Shown piece by piece: positions 39,983-49,295 of a DNA stretch of 64,000 nucleotides. The DNA is from Pseudomonadota bacterium (GTDB lineage Bacteria > Myxococcota > JACRCW01 > JAFGSX01). The notes beneath the pieces were generated by a model. It worked only from the letters and a program-made list of their open reading frames with translations. It had not been told where the DNA came from and searched no databases. Where the stretch lies: positions 140,314 to 204,313 of the forward strand of contig JBDRCO010000118.1 of NCBI GenBank assembly GCA_043821645.1, read 5' to 3'. Both the position numbers and the translations under genes were made by a program. Positions within the stretch are counted from its first letter, which is position 1. Every line of letters starts with the position of its first letter.

Positions 39983-42624
39983 GTCGAGCCACAGGGTCCA
40001 CCAGGCCGTCCGCTCGCAGTGCGGTGGCGCCGCGTCCGAAGAAGAAAGCGACCCGCAAGCCTGCGACCTCCTCCAAGGCCCTGGCCAAGCCTGCCAAGAA
40101 GACGTCGCGACAAGCGCCCAAGAAGGTGCCCGCGGCCGCGGCCAAGAAAAATGCGCGCGCCACACCCAAGAAGGCGCGCAAGGCCGCAGCCCGCACCCCC
40201 GCACGGACCCCGATCCGCACGCCGGCGCGACAGGCGGCCCCCGCGCTGCCAAAGAAGCGGGCAGCTCCGCGGTCGCTGCAGGTGGTGGGACAGGCCGGGC
40301 AACGTGTCGACGGATGGTCCAAGGTCGATGGCAGCGCTCGCTACATCGACGATCTCGATTTTCCGGGCATGCTGCACGCCGCGGTGCGCACCAGCGACTG
40401 GCCCCACGCCGAGATCACGCGCATCGACGTCACCGACGCCCAGCAGGTGCCTGGTGTGGTGACGGTGGCGACCTGGCGCGATGTTCCAGGGGTCAATCAG
40501 GTGGGCTGCGTGCGGCCGGATCAACCCTTGCTGGTGGAGACCCGCGCGCGCTGGGTCGGTGACCGCATTGCCCTGGTGGCGGCCGAGGACCCGGTCACGG
40601 CCCAAGCGGCGGTGCGCGCGGTCAAGGTCGAGGCCACGCCCCTACCGGGTGTTTTTGACGCCGAGGCCGCGCTGGAGCCCGACGCCACGCCCCTGCACCC
40701 CGGTGGCAACCTCATCGAGACCTTCGCCATGAATGGTGGCGACGTCGATCGCGCCTTTGCCCAGGCCGAGCTGGTGCTCGAGCATCGCTATGTGGCGCCG
40801 CTGCAGGAACACGCGTACCTCGAGCCCCAGGGCGTGGTGGCGGTGCCCGAGCACGGCGGCATGACCGTGTACGGCAGCATGCAGGCTCCGTTCTACGTGC
40901 AGGGCGCGGTGGCGCGCCTGCTCGGGCTGCCCCTGGCGAGGGTGCGGGTGGTGCAGAGCATCACCGGCGGCGCCTTTGGCGGCAAGGAGGACTACCCCTC
41001 GGAGCCCGCCGCCTGCGCGGCCCTGCTCGCCTTCAAGACCGGTCGTCCGGTCAAGCTCATCTACAGCCGCGAGCAGGACCTGCAGTGGACCAGCAAGCGC
41101 CATCGCATGGTCGTCCACCACCGTCTGGCGGCGCGCCGCGATGGCACGGTGACTGGCCTCGACATCCGCGTCATCGTCGACGCGGGCGCCTATTGCGGCC
41201 TGACCGGGGTGGTGGCCGAGCGCGCCAACAGCTCGGCGGTGGGACCCTATGCCGTGCCCAACGTGCGGGTGCTCACGCAGACGGTCTACACCTGCAATCC
41301 CTTCGGTGGGGCCTATCGCGGCTTCGGTGCGCCCCAGGTCGCCATCGCCCACGAGGGTCAGATGGATGCCCTGGCCCGCGCCCTGGGCCGCGATCCCCTG
41401 GACCTGCGCCGCCACAACGGCGTGCGCCCCCACAGCATCACGGCCTGGGGCGAGCGGCTGGCTCCCCCGGTCGAGTACCTCGACACCCTGGAGGCGGCAG
41501 CCCGGCTGTCGCGCTGGGATGCGCTGGTGCGCGAGGCGAATGCGCACAACGCACTCGGTGGCCGCACCCGCCTGGGGGTGGGCATCGGCACCTGCATGTA
41601 CGGCTGCTGCCTGCACGCCGGGGGGCAGCACCTCGAGGGCTCGGGCGCCCTGCTGCAGGTTCACAAGGATGGATCGGTGTCGGTGACCATCGGCCTCACC
41701 GAGATGGGGCAGGGCGCGGCGACCGTGATGGCGCGTATTGCCGCCGAGGAGCTGGGCCTGCGCATCGATCGCGTGCACGTGCAGCAGCCGGACACCGCCC
41801 AGGTCCCGGACTCCGGACCCACCGTGGCGTCCCGCACCACGACCATGGCCGGGCATGCGGTGGCGGTGGCCGCGCGTCAGGTTCGCGCCGCGCTGGAGCC
41901 CGTCGCGGCAGGCCTGCTGGGCTGCACCGTACGCGAGCTGCGCTTCGGTGACGACGAGGTGCACGGACCTCGGGGGCGCCATGCCCTGTTCACCGAGGTG
42001 GTGCTGGCGGCCTACCTGGCGAAGGCCCACCTGGCGGCCCAGGGCTGGTACGCCCCGCCGCGCAAGAAGCACGATCGCGCGACCGGCCGCGGACAACCCT
42101 ACAGCGCGTACGCCTATGCGGCCCAGGTGGCCCAGGTCGAGGTCGACCTGGTCACCGGCGTGCCGCGGGTGCTGCGTTTCTTCTGTGCCCACGACGTGGG
42201 CCGCGCCATCTATCCCGACGGTGTCCGCGGCCAGATCGAGGGCGGCTGCGTGCAGGGCATGGGCTACGCGTGCAGCGAACGCCTGGTGGTGCGCGAGGGA
42301 CGCATTCTCAATCCCAACTTCACCGACTATCTGATCCCGACCATTCACGACATGCCCGAGATCGCCGTCACCCTGATCGAGAGTGGCGACGAGGGCGGCC
42401 GCAAGGGGCGCGGAACCACGGACCAGGCCAAGGGGCCCTACGGCGCCAAGGGCATTGGCGAGCCCTCGCTGATCCCGGCCCCGGCCGCGGTGGCGAGCGC
42501 CATCAACCACGCCCTGGGTGCGCGCCTGACCGAGCTGCCCCTGATGCCCGACGTGATCATGGAGGAGATCGCACGCCAGGGCCTGGACCACAGCGCGCTC
42601 CTGGTGGGTCCTGATCGCTGGTGA
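39979..42624 (+). CDS. Xanthine dehydrogenase family molybdopterin-binding subunit with Lys/Ala-rich N-terminal extension
   Basis: HAYLEP, GGAFGGKED, AYRGFGAPQ, EMGQG, ASRTT, GQIEGG..QG.G, KGIGEP. Confidence 0.93.
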   Translation: MSRATGSTRPSARSAVAPRPKKKATRKPATSSKALAKPAKKTSRQAPKKVPAAAAKKNARATPKKARKAAARTPARTPIRTPARQAAPALPKKRAAPRSLQVVGQAGQRVDGWSKVDGSARYIDDLDFPGMLHAAVRTSDWPHAEITRIDVTDAQQVPGVVTVATWRDVPGVNQVGCVRPDQPLLVETRARWVGDRIALVAAEDPVTAQAAVRAVKVEATPLPGVFDAEAALEPDATPLHPGGNLIETFAMNGGDVDRAFAQAELVLEHRYVAPLQEHAYLEPQGVVAVPEHGGMTVYGSMQAPFYVQGAVARLLGLPLARVRVVQSITGGAFGGKEDYPSEPAACAALLAFKTGRPVKLIYSREQDLQWTSKRHRMVVHHRLAARRDGTVTGLDIRVIVDAGAYCGLTGVVAERANSSAVGPYAVPNVRVLTQTVYTCNPFGGAYRGFGAPQVAIAHEGQMDALARALGRDPLDLRRHNGVRPHSITAWGERLAPPVEYLDTLEAAARLSRWDALVREANAHNALGGRTRLGVGIGTCMYGCCLHAGGQHLEGSGALLQVHKDGSVSVTIGLTEMGQGAATVMARIAAEELGLRIDRVHVQQPDTAQVPDSGPTVASRTTTMAGHAVAVAARQVRAALEPVAAGLLGCTVRELRFGDDEVHGPRGRHALFTEVVLAAYLAKAHLAAQGWYAPPRKKHDRATGRGQPYSAYAYAAQVAQVEVDLVTGVPRVLRFFCAHDVGRAIYPDGVRGQIEGGCVQGMGYACSERLVVREGRILNPNFTDYLIPTIHDMPEIAVTLIESGDEGGRKGRGTTDQAKGPYGAKGIGEPSLIPAPAAVASAINHALGARLTELPLMPDVIMEEIARQGLDHSALLVGPDRW

Positions 42625-43868
42625 GCACTCTGTCCCGCCATCCCGTGGTCGTGGTCGGAGCCGGTCCTGCGGGCTGTGCCGCGGCCCTCGGCCTGGCCCG
42701 CCAGGGCGTCGAGGTGCTGCTGCTCGAACGCGATCGCTTCCCGCGCGACAAGATCTGCGGCGACGTGTTGCTCCCCGAGGCACGCAGTGCTCTCGAGCAC
42801 CTGGGCCTCGATCTGGCGCCCCTGGCGGACCTTGCCCACCGCCTCGATCGCGCGCACTACGTGACGCCGAGCGGCCGTGGCTACACACTCCCCTTCGCCG
42901 ACCTCGACGCCAGGACCCAGCCCTGGTGGGTGGTGCCGCGCCTGCGCTTCGATGCCTGGCTGGCCGCGCAGGTGCAGACAGCGGGCGTGGAACTGCGCCA
43001 GGGCTGGCGGGTCACCGATCTGTTCACCGACGCACAGCAGGTGGCGGGGGTGCAGGTGCAGGTCGATGGCGCAGCCCCGGTGCGCCTCGAGGCCGCGGCG
43101 GTGGTCGGTGCCGACGGGGCCAGCTCGGCGGTGGCGCGTGCCATGGGGCGCTTCGCCCGCGAGCCGCAGCACCTGTGCCTGGCCCTGCGCGGCTATGCCG
43201 AGGACCTGCACGACGAGGCGAGCTCGACCTTCTCCATCTACACCACCGCCGGGAGCTTGCCGGGCTGTGGCTGGGTCGTGCCCTGTGGCCAGGGACGGGC
43301 CAACGTGGGACTCGGCGCCATCCGCGCCGACCTCACGGCGCGGGGCCTCACCATGCGTGGCCTGCTCGACGAGGTCGCCGCGGCCCACCCGGCCTTCGCC
43401 TCCGCCCTCGCGCGGTGTTCCGGGTTGCGCGGCTGGAGCCTGCCCGGGGGCAGCCAGCCGCTGTCGCGATCGAGTGCCGGGCTGCTCCTGATCGGCGATG
43501 CCGGGGCCATGATCGATCCCTTCACCGGGCATGGCATTCACACCGCCCTCGACGCCGGGATCCTGGCTGGCGAGGTGCTGGTGGCGGCCCTGGCGCGCGG
43601 CGATCTCGGTGTGGCCAGCCTGGGGGAGCTGGACCGTCGCTGGCAGCAGCGCTGGCACACCGAGATGGCTCTTGGACGCGTGCTGCAAAGAGGCAGCGCA
43701 GCACCCTGGCGTGTCGAGGCCGGTCTGCGCTATGTGTGCAAAAGCGACCGCCTGCGTCGCCTGGTCGGCGGCCTGGTGGGACACGCCTACCCGCGGGCCG
43801 CTCTGCTGTCCCCGGCAGGATGGTGGCGTGGCCTGGGTCCCAGAGCCCAGGACAAGGTCGAGGCATGA
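42621..43868 (+). CDS. Geranylgeranyl reductase family FAD-dependent oxidoreductase
   Basis: VVGAGPAG, FPRDKICGD, R..FD..L, GADG..S, LIGDAG..IDPFTGHGI..A..AG. Confidence 0.88.
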   Translation: MSTLSRHPVVVVGAGPAGCAAALGLARQGVEVLLLERDRFPRDKICGDVLLPEARSALEHLGLDLAPLADLAHRLDRAHYVTPSGRGYTLPFADLDARTQPWWVVPRLRFDAWLAAQVQTAGVELRQGWRVTDLFTDAQQVAGVQVQVDGAAPVRLEAAAVVGADGASSAVARAMGRFAREPQHLCLALRGYAEDLHDEASSTFSIYTTAGSLPGCGWVVPCGQGRANVGLGAIRADLTARGLTMRGLLDEVAAAHPAFASALARCSGLRGWSLPGGSQPLSRSSAGLLLIGDAGAMIDPFTGHGIHTALDAGILAGEVLVAALARGDLGVASLGELDRRWQQRWHTEMALGRVLQRGSAAPWRVEAGLRYVCKSDRLRRLVGGLVGHAYPRAALLSPAGWWRGLGPRAQDKVEA

Positions 43869-44860
43869 TAGCAACGCTGCTCCACGACGAGGATCTTCAG
43901 GCGGTGCGCGAGATCACCGCGCGCGACCGCTCCAACCTGTATCTGACCTCGCAGTTCCTGCGCGATGAGGAGCGCTACCAGGCCTTCCTCGCCATGTACG
44001 CGGTCATGCGCGTCATCGACGACGCCGTCGACAAGGTCGAGGACAAGCAACACCTCGCCCCCGCGCAGCGCGCCGATCTGCACCACAGCCTGGAGGGCTG
44101 GAGCGCGCGCATCCAGGACGCCTACCGCGGTGCGCCCGCCGATGCGCCCCTGGACCGGGCCCTGGCCTGGGCCGTGGCGCGCTTCCCGGTGCCGCTGATG
44201 CTGTGGCAACGCTTCGTCGAGGCCATGCACTTTGACGTGGATCACCCACGCTTCGACCGCTTCGAGACCTTTCTGGATTACGCCGAAGGCGCGACGGTGG
44301 CGCCGACGACGATCTACATCTACCTGCTCACCTGCGAGGCCGGTGACGACGGAAAACACCAGGTTCATCGCTTTGACTACCAGAGCTGCGGCCGCGAGCT
44401 GGGCCTGTTCGCGTACCTGGCGCACGTGCTGCGCGACGTGCGCAACGATGCCCTGGTCGGCAGCACGGGCCTGGTCTACCTGAGCACCGCGGACCTCGCC
44501 TCCTGTGACCTCGTCGATCGCGATCTGCGCCGCTTCGCCGAGGCCCGCCGCAGCGACGGGCGCTTCGCGCGTGCCGTGCAGCTCCTGGTCGAGCGGGCGA
44601 GGGCCTTCGAGGCTCGCGGCGTCGCGCTGGTGGAGCAGGTGCTGCCGCGGCTGCCACCGGACCGTTGCTTCGTGCTGCGCCTGATCGTGGCCTACTACCA
44701 GGAGATGCTGCAGCGGGTCGCGGACCCGGGCCTGGACCTGTTTGCCGTCGAGGAAGTGATGGGCACCTCGGACAAGCTGGCCATTGCAGCGCGCGTCGCC
44801 GATGCGGCCGGCTTCCGCCTCGACCCCGAGACCTTGCTGCAGGCAGCGCGCCCGTCCTGA
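43865..44860 (+). CDS. Squalene/phytoene synthase family protein
   Basis: S.LYL...FL, YA.MR.IDDAVD, M.FD, LG....L.H.LRDV.ND...G.VYL. Confidence 0.8.
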   Translation: MIATLLHDEDLQAVREITARDRSNLYLTSQFLRDEERYQAFLAMYAVMRVIDDAVDKVEDKQHLAPAQRADLHHSLEGWSARIQDAYRGAPADAPLDRALAWAVARFPVPLMLWQRFVEAMHFDVDHPRFDRFETFLDYAEGATVAPTTIYIYLLTCEAGDDGKHQVHRFDYQSCGRELGLFAYLAHVLRDVRNDALVGSTGLVYLSTADLASCDLVDRDLRRFAEARRSDGRFARAVQLLVERARAFEARGVALVEQVLPRLPPDRCFVLRLIVAYYQEMLQRVADPGLDLFAVEEVMGTSDKLAIAARVADAAGFRLDPETLLQAARPS

Positions 44861-44916
44861 GCGGCACCGCGTCCGCTCGGCCCCCCGAAACCACGTGCAA
44901 TGGCTACAATGCAGGG

Positions 44917-46941
44917 ATGGTAGCCGCGCCCCTCGTGCCGTCCAGGTTCACGATCCTGACCCAGATCGGGCAGGGCGGCATGGCCACGGTGTATCTCGCC
45001 GACGACGCCATGGCGCAGCAGCAGGTGGCGCTCAAGGTGCTGCTGCCGCACCTGCGCAACGATCCGCTCATCGTGGCACGCTTCAAGCGCGAGATGGCGG
45101 CAGTGCGGCGAATACAAAGCCCGCACATCATCGCCGTGCACGACCTGGTGGAGACCGAGGACGTGCTGTGCCTGGTCATGGATTACCATCCTGGCCAGGA
45201 CCTCAAGCGCCGACTTCGCCGCGACGGCGCGCTGCCCTTCGACGAGGTCCTCGCCGTGGCGCGGCAGGTGCTGCTGGGCTTGCAGGCTGCCCACGGGCAG
45301 GGCGTGATTCATCGCGACATAAAGCCGCACAATCTTCTGGTCGACGACGAGGGGCGGGTCAAGGTCGCGGACTTCGGTCTGGCGCGGGTCGACGACCTGG
45401 TGGGCGTCACCACCCACACCATGACCCTGGGCACGCCAGAATACCTGGCGCCCGAGCTGCTCAGCTCCCCCCTGGTCGACGGCCGCGTGGACCTGTACAG
45501 CCTGGGGGTCTCCCTGTTCGAGCTGGTCACCGGCCGCCTGCCGTACCGCGCCAGCTCACCCATGGCCCTGCTGCGCCTGCACCAGGACGCCGAGGTGCCG
45601 GATCCGCGGCAGCACGTCCCGTCGTTGCCACGGTGGTTTGCGCTGCAGTTGCAGCACGCCATGGCCAAGGAACCCGAACAGCGCTACGCCACCGCCACCG
45701 AGTGGCTGCACGCGCTGGACGAGGGCGCTGCGCCAGGGGCCCCGGCTCCCGGCAGCAGCGACAGCGGGCTGTCCTGCCGCCTGTGTGGGGCTCCCATGCT
45801 GCCCGGGCTGCGCACCTGTGTGGAGTGCGGCGCCGAGCTGGTGGAGTTGCACAGCGTCGATCACGGCGGCCACCGCGTGTACATCGATGCGGTGAGCTGG
45901 AGCCAGGCCGATGCCCTGACCTTCGAGCAGAAATACAAGGTGGTGGCCGAGTTGACGGATCTGGGCGCCACGCTCAAGGCGGATCCGGAACAGCTCGAGG
46001 TCCGTTTGCGCAACCTGCCGGTGGTGGTGGCAGACCGCCTGTCGCCTGAATCCGCCACCAGGCTGGCCAACCTGCTGATTCGCAGCGGCGTTCCCGCCCG
46101 CCCGGGGCGGTCCGGAGCGCGTGGCTTGCTCGAGTACCTGATGCAGCTGGTGCGTCCGACCTATGTGTTGGTCATGCTGGCGTGTGGGCTGGCGCTGGGG
46201 GCCGGGATGGCCTTTCGCGCCACTGCGCTGCCCATGTTCTGGATCCAGAGCCTAAGCGCCGGGCTGCTGGTGAGCACGGTGCTGGCGATGGTCGACGTGT
46301 TTCATCGCCGACTCCCCCTGGCGCGCATCGAGCGGGGCAGCGCCCTCAGCGCTTCGGATGATCCCCTGCTCCGCCGCGTGGTGTTCGCGCTGCAGGCCGT
46401 GCACGCCCCCCGGTTGCGCAGCCTGGTGCGGCGCCTGGTCGGCCGCGCCCTCGAGCTGCGCCAGCGCGTCGAGCAGAGTCCCGAGCTGCGAGCACAGATG
46501 CGCGGCGAGATCGATCACGTGATCGCGCGTGCCCTCGACCTCGCCGAGCACTGCGCGCGTCTCGACGACGAGCTGTCCGGCTTCCAGGCCTCGGAGGTCT
46601 ACGAGCAGCTTCAGGTCCTGGACGAGCGCATTGCCGTGGCCGGCATCCGGGAGACCGCCGAGCTGATCGAGCACAAGCTCGAGCTGCAGGAGCGCCTGGC
46701 CAGTGTCGACGAGAAACAGCGCGAACATGTGCTGGGGCTGAACCGGCTGCTGCACGCCCTGGCGCGCCTGACCGCGCTGCATGCCGAGGTCTCCACGCGC
46801 CAGGCCGGTGCCGAGAGTGTCACCTCGCTCAGCGTCCTCCTCGGCGAGCTGGGTGCCGAGCTGGCGGCCCACCGCGAGCTCGAGGACAGCCTGCGCGGAG
46901 CCTCCACCGAGCCGTCCAGGGTCACAGCAGGATCTTCCTGA
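44917..46941 (+). CDS. Ser/Thr protein kinase with zinc ribbon, two TM helices and C-terminal coiled coil
   Basis: GQGGMA, VALK, HRDIKPHN, DFGLA, GTPEYLAPE; CRLC...CVEC; two hydrophobic helices; heptad-rich tail. Confidence 0.9.
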   Translation: MVAAPLVPSRFTILTQIGQGGMATVYLADDAMAQQQVALKVLLPHLRNDPLIVARFKREMAAVRRIQSPHIIAVHDLVETEDVLCLVMDYHPGQDLKRRLRRDGALPFDEVLAVARQVLLGLQAAHGQGVIHRDIKPHNLLVDDEGRVKVADFGLARVDDLVGVTTHTMTLGTPEYLAPELLSSPLVDGRVDLYSLGVSLFELVTGRLPYRASSPMALLRLHQDAEVPDPRQHVPSLPRWFALQLQHAMAKEPEQRYATATEWLHALDEGAAPGAPAPGSSDSGLSCRLCGAPMLPGLRTCVECGAELVELHSVDHGGHRVYIDAVSWSQADALTFEQKYKVVAELTDLGATLKADPEQLEVRLRNLPVVVADRLSPESATRLANLLIRSGVPARPGRSGARGLLEYLMQLVRPTYVLVMLACGLALGAGMAFRATALPMFWIQSLSAGLLVSTVLAMVDVFHRRLPLARIERGSALSASDDPLLRRVVFALQAVHAPRLRSLVRRLVGRALELRQRVEQSPELRAQMRGEIDHVIARALDLAEHCARLDDELSGFQASEVYEQLQVLDERIAVAGIRETAELIEHKLELQERLASVDEKQREHVLGLNRLLHALARLTALHAEVSTRQAGAESVTSLSVLLGELGAELAAHRELEDSLRGASTEPSRVTAGSS

Positions 46942-47839
46942 GCTGCAGTGCCGCCACATCCGCGCGCCCCACCCCAGCCCTGGCTGCCAGGGCGATGTGG
47001 CGCACGTCGTCGACACGCAGCTTTCTGTGCTGGAACTCGGCGAGGCCCAGACCGTAGCTGTCAACGGCCACGATGTCGCGGCCTGCCACCAGTCTATCCA
47101 GCGTCACCACCTCGCCGGGCCCGGACGGCCCGTTGGTCAGCAGGGCCCGCGTGGCGTCGAGCAAGGTGAGCCTGGGCCTGACCACCCGAGCCAGATCGGC
47201 CACGGCCTGGTGCAGGTCGAGCAGGGTGTGAAACGAGAGTCGATCCTGGATCACGCCCATGTGGTTCTTCAGACCGAAGGTCACCGTGGCCGCGGAATGT
47301 GACTTGGCGACGGGGAGATTGATGAAGCAGTCGGCCTCGAGCACCTGTCGCGCCACTGCGGTGCGCTTGAGCGAGATGCCATCGCGGATGCGCAGCGCAC
47401 GGAAGTCATCGCCCCCGAGAAGGCGCAGCTCCACCTCGGGCAGGGCGCGGAACGCCGCTTCGAGGCCGCAGCGCTTGAAGCACTTGCCAGGCGAGCCGGT
47501 GGGGTTCTCGACCACGGTCACGCTGCGCGCTCCGGCCTGCACGCAGGCCCGCGCCACGGCCAGGACCACCTCGGGGTGGGTGGTGGTGGCCCACTCCGGA
47601 GGGTTGGCAAAACCTGCGTTGGCCTTGAGCACCACGCGATCGCCGCGGCTCACGAAGCGCCCTATCCCGCCCAGGGCGTCGAGGGCTGCGTTCACGCGCC
47701 GGGCCGGATCTCCACCTTGCACGTCGACGAGGTCAGGGATCGCAGGCGCCGCGCTCAAGCGCCGTGGCAGCGGCAAGGCGGCGATGCCCACGGCAGCGGC
47801 AGTGCTCTCGAGAAAACGACGACGGTTCATGCGGTTCAT
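46922..47839 (-). CDS. Tat-exported DUF362 family protein
   Basis: NRRRFL twin-arginine leader; GDRVVLK.N, TTHPEVV, INLPVAKSH, T.GLKN.MG, D.VAVD. Confidence 0.85.
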   Translation of the reverse strand: MNRMNRRRFLESTAAAVGIAALPLPRRLSAAPAIPDLVDVQGGDPARRVNAALDALGGIGRFVSRGDRVVLKANAGFANPPEWATTTHPEVVLAVARACVQAGARSVTVVENPTGSPGKCFKRCGLEAAFRALPEVELRLLGGDDFRALRIRDGISLKRTAVARQVLEADCFINLPVAKSHSAATVTFGLKNHMGVIQDRLSFHTLLDLHQAVADLARVVRPRLTLLDATRALLTNGPSGPGEVVTLDRLVAGRDIVAVDSYGLGLAEFQHRKLRVDDVRHIALAARAGVGRADVAALQLRKILL

Positions 47840-48062
47840 GCAGCACTCCTCGGTGACCACGACCATCTAGCGCGGCGAACGCAGGTCGCTACCAGGACCC
47901 GACATCCCACAACAGCACCCACGAAATTGGGCTGGGCGTGGCAGGCATGAAGACCTGCAAGCGGCAAACCATTGTGCCTGCGGGCGGATTCTTGCCGCAA
48001 GCGCCCGCACGCGCCGTGCACGCGCGCAGGAACTTGGCTAGGCTCGCAGCCCGGAGGTCGCC

Positions 48063-48566
48063 ATGCCCACCGAGCTCTCCGCCATCCAGCTGCTCGCCTT
48101 CGACGTCGATGGGGTCCTGACCGATGGACGCATCTGGTTCGACGAGGAAGGTCGTGAGATGCACGCCTTTCACGTTCACGACGGCATGGGAATGGTCCTG
48201 GCCTCGCGCCGGGGACCGCTGCTGGTGGCGATCTCGGGTCGCGGTGCCCCCGGGGTCAAGGCGCGCCTGACCCAGCTGCGGGTGCGCGAGATACACCTGG
48301 GCATCGACGACAAGGTGCAGGTCCTGCGCGACGCGGCCGGGCGCCACGACATCCCCCTCGAGGCCTGCTGCTTTGTCGGCGACGACATCAATGATGTGGC
48401 GACCATGAAACTGGTGGGCCTGGCTGTGGCTCCGGCCAACGCCCACCCCTCGGCACTGACGGCGGCGCACTGGTGCACCCAGGCCAGGGCAGGTCACGGT
48501 GTGCTCAGAGAAGTGCTGGATGCGATCTGGATGGCGCGCCCGCCGCTCGAGGGCGCCAGGTCCTAG
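48063..48566 (+). CDS. kdsC: KDO-8-phosphate phosphatase (HAD family)
   Basis: FDVDGVLTDG, F.V.DG.G, ISGR, GDDIND, G.G..RE. Confidence 0.88.
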   Translation: MPTELSAIQLLAFDVDGVLTDGRIWFDEEGREMHAFHVHDGMGMVLASRRGPLLVAISGRGAPGVKARLTQLRVREIHLGIDDKVQVLRDAAGRHDIPLEACCFVGDDINDVATMKLVGLAVAPANAHPSALTAAHWCTQARAGHGVLREVLDAIWMARPPLEGARS

Positions 48567-48772
48567 CGGTCCTCGGGCCCGGCCTCGGTGCTGGCGTCGG
48601 CCTCGGCGTCGGACACGCACACTCCAGGATCGAGCTCACAGTGCGAGCCGTCCGGACAGTCCGGGTCGCCAGCGCAGGAGGTGGCCGGGGTGGGGGCCGC
48701 GCAGGCCAGCGGCAGCAGCGCGCCTGGGCACAGCACGGCGATTGCGATCGCGAAGCTGCGGACTGTGCGCAT
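48563..48772 (-). CDS. Small Cys-rich putative lipoprotein
   Basis: Leader ending PLAC; C..D.DCP.G..C....G.C motif. Confidence 0.55.
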   Translation of the reverse strand: MRTVRSFAIAIAVLCPGALLPLACAAPTPATSCAGDPDCPDGSHCELDPGVCVSDAEADASTEAGPEDR

Positions 48773-48776
48773 CAGG

Positions 48777-49214
48777 TCACTCCTCGCTCGCGTCCAGGAA
48801 CAGCTGCGGCGTCATGCTCAGACCCGCTCCCACCAGGGCCAGGCTGAGGCCGGCAGACAGGCTGAGCCAGCCGCCCGTCCACAGCGACTGTCCCTCGGAC
48901 ATCTTGAGCCGGTATCCCGTCAGGTCCGTGACCACGGGAGTCGGTGCGCCGTCGAGATCCCGCGTTTGCGTCAGGCCCACCCGCACCTCCTCGTAGAACA
49001 CCAGTGTGTAGGTGCTCAGCAGGGTGACGCCCATCCCGGCGAGGGCGCCACCGACGATGGCGCCAAGGTTGCCAAAGGTGCGCAGCAGCTCGCGGGTGGC
49101 GGCATCCTCGTCGCCGCGCAGATCGGAGGCACTGCCAGGCACGGGCGCTTCGGCTGCCGCGGGCGGTGACAGACCGAGCAGCGACAGGGTGAGCAGGGTG
49201 GCGCAGAGTTTCAT
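48777..49214 (-). CDS. Hypothetical membrane protein
   Basis: Signal peptide plus two Gly-rich hydrophobic helices. Confidence 0.6.
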   Translation of the reverse strand: MKLCATLLTLSLLGLSPPAAAEAPVPGSASDLRGDEDAATRELLRTFGNLGAIVGGALAGMGVTLLSTYTLVFYEEVRVGLTQTRDLDGAPTPVVTDLTGYRLKMSEGQSLWTGGWLSLSAGLSLALVGAGLSMTPQLFLDASEE

Positions 49215-49295
49215 GCGACGTGGATCCTTTGTGGACTGCCGAGCGGGACAGATCTTAGCGCGCTTGCGCGGCCGGAGCACAAGAGTCCCTCTCGG

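Noticed and set aside
39979-42624. Aerobic CO dehydrogenase (CoxL) assignment
   Set aside because: The active-site loop is AYRGFG, not AYXCSFR (form I) or AYRGAGR (form II).
47963-47981. Sigma54-like promoter upstream of the DUF362 gene (GGCAC...TTTGC, minus strand)
   Set aside because: GG-to-GC spacing is 11 nt rather than the required 10.
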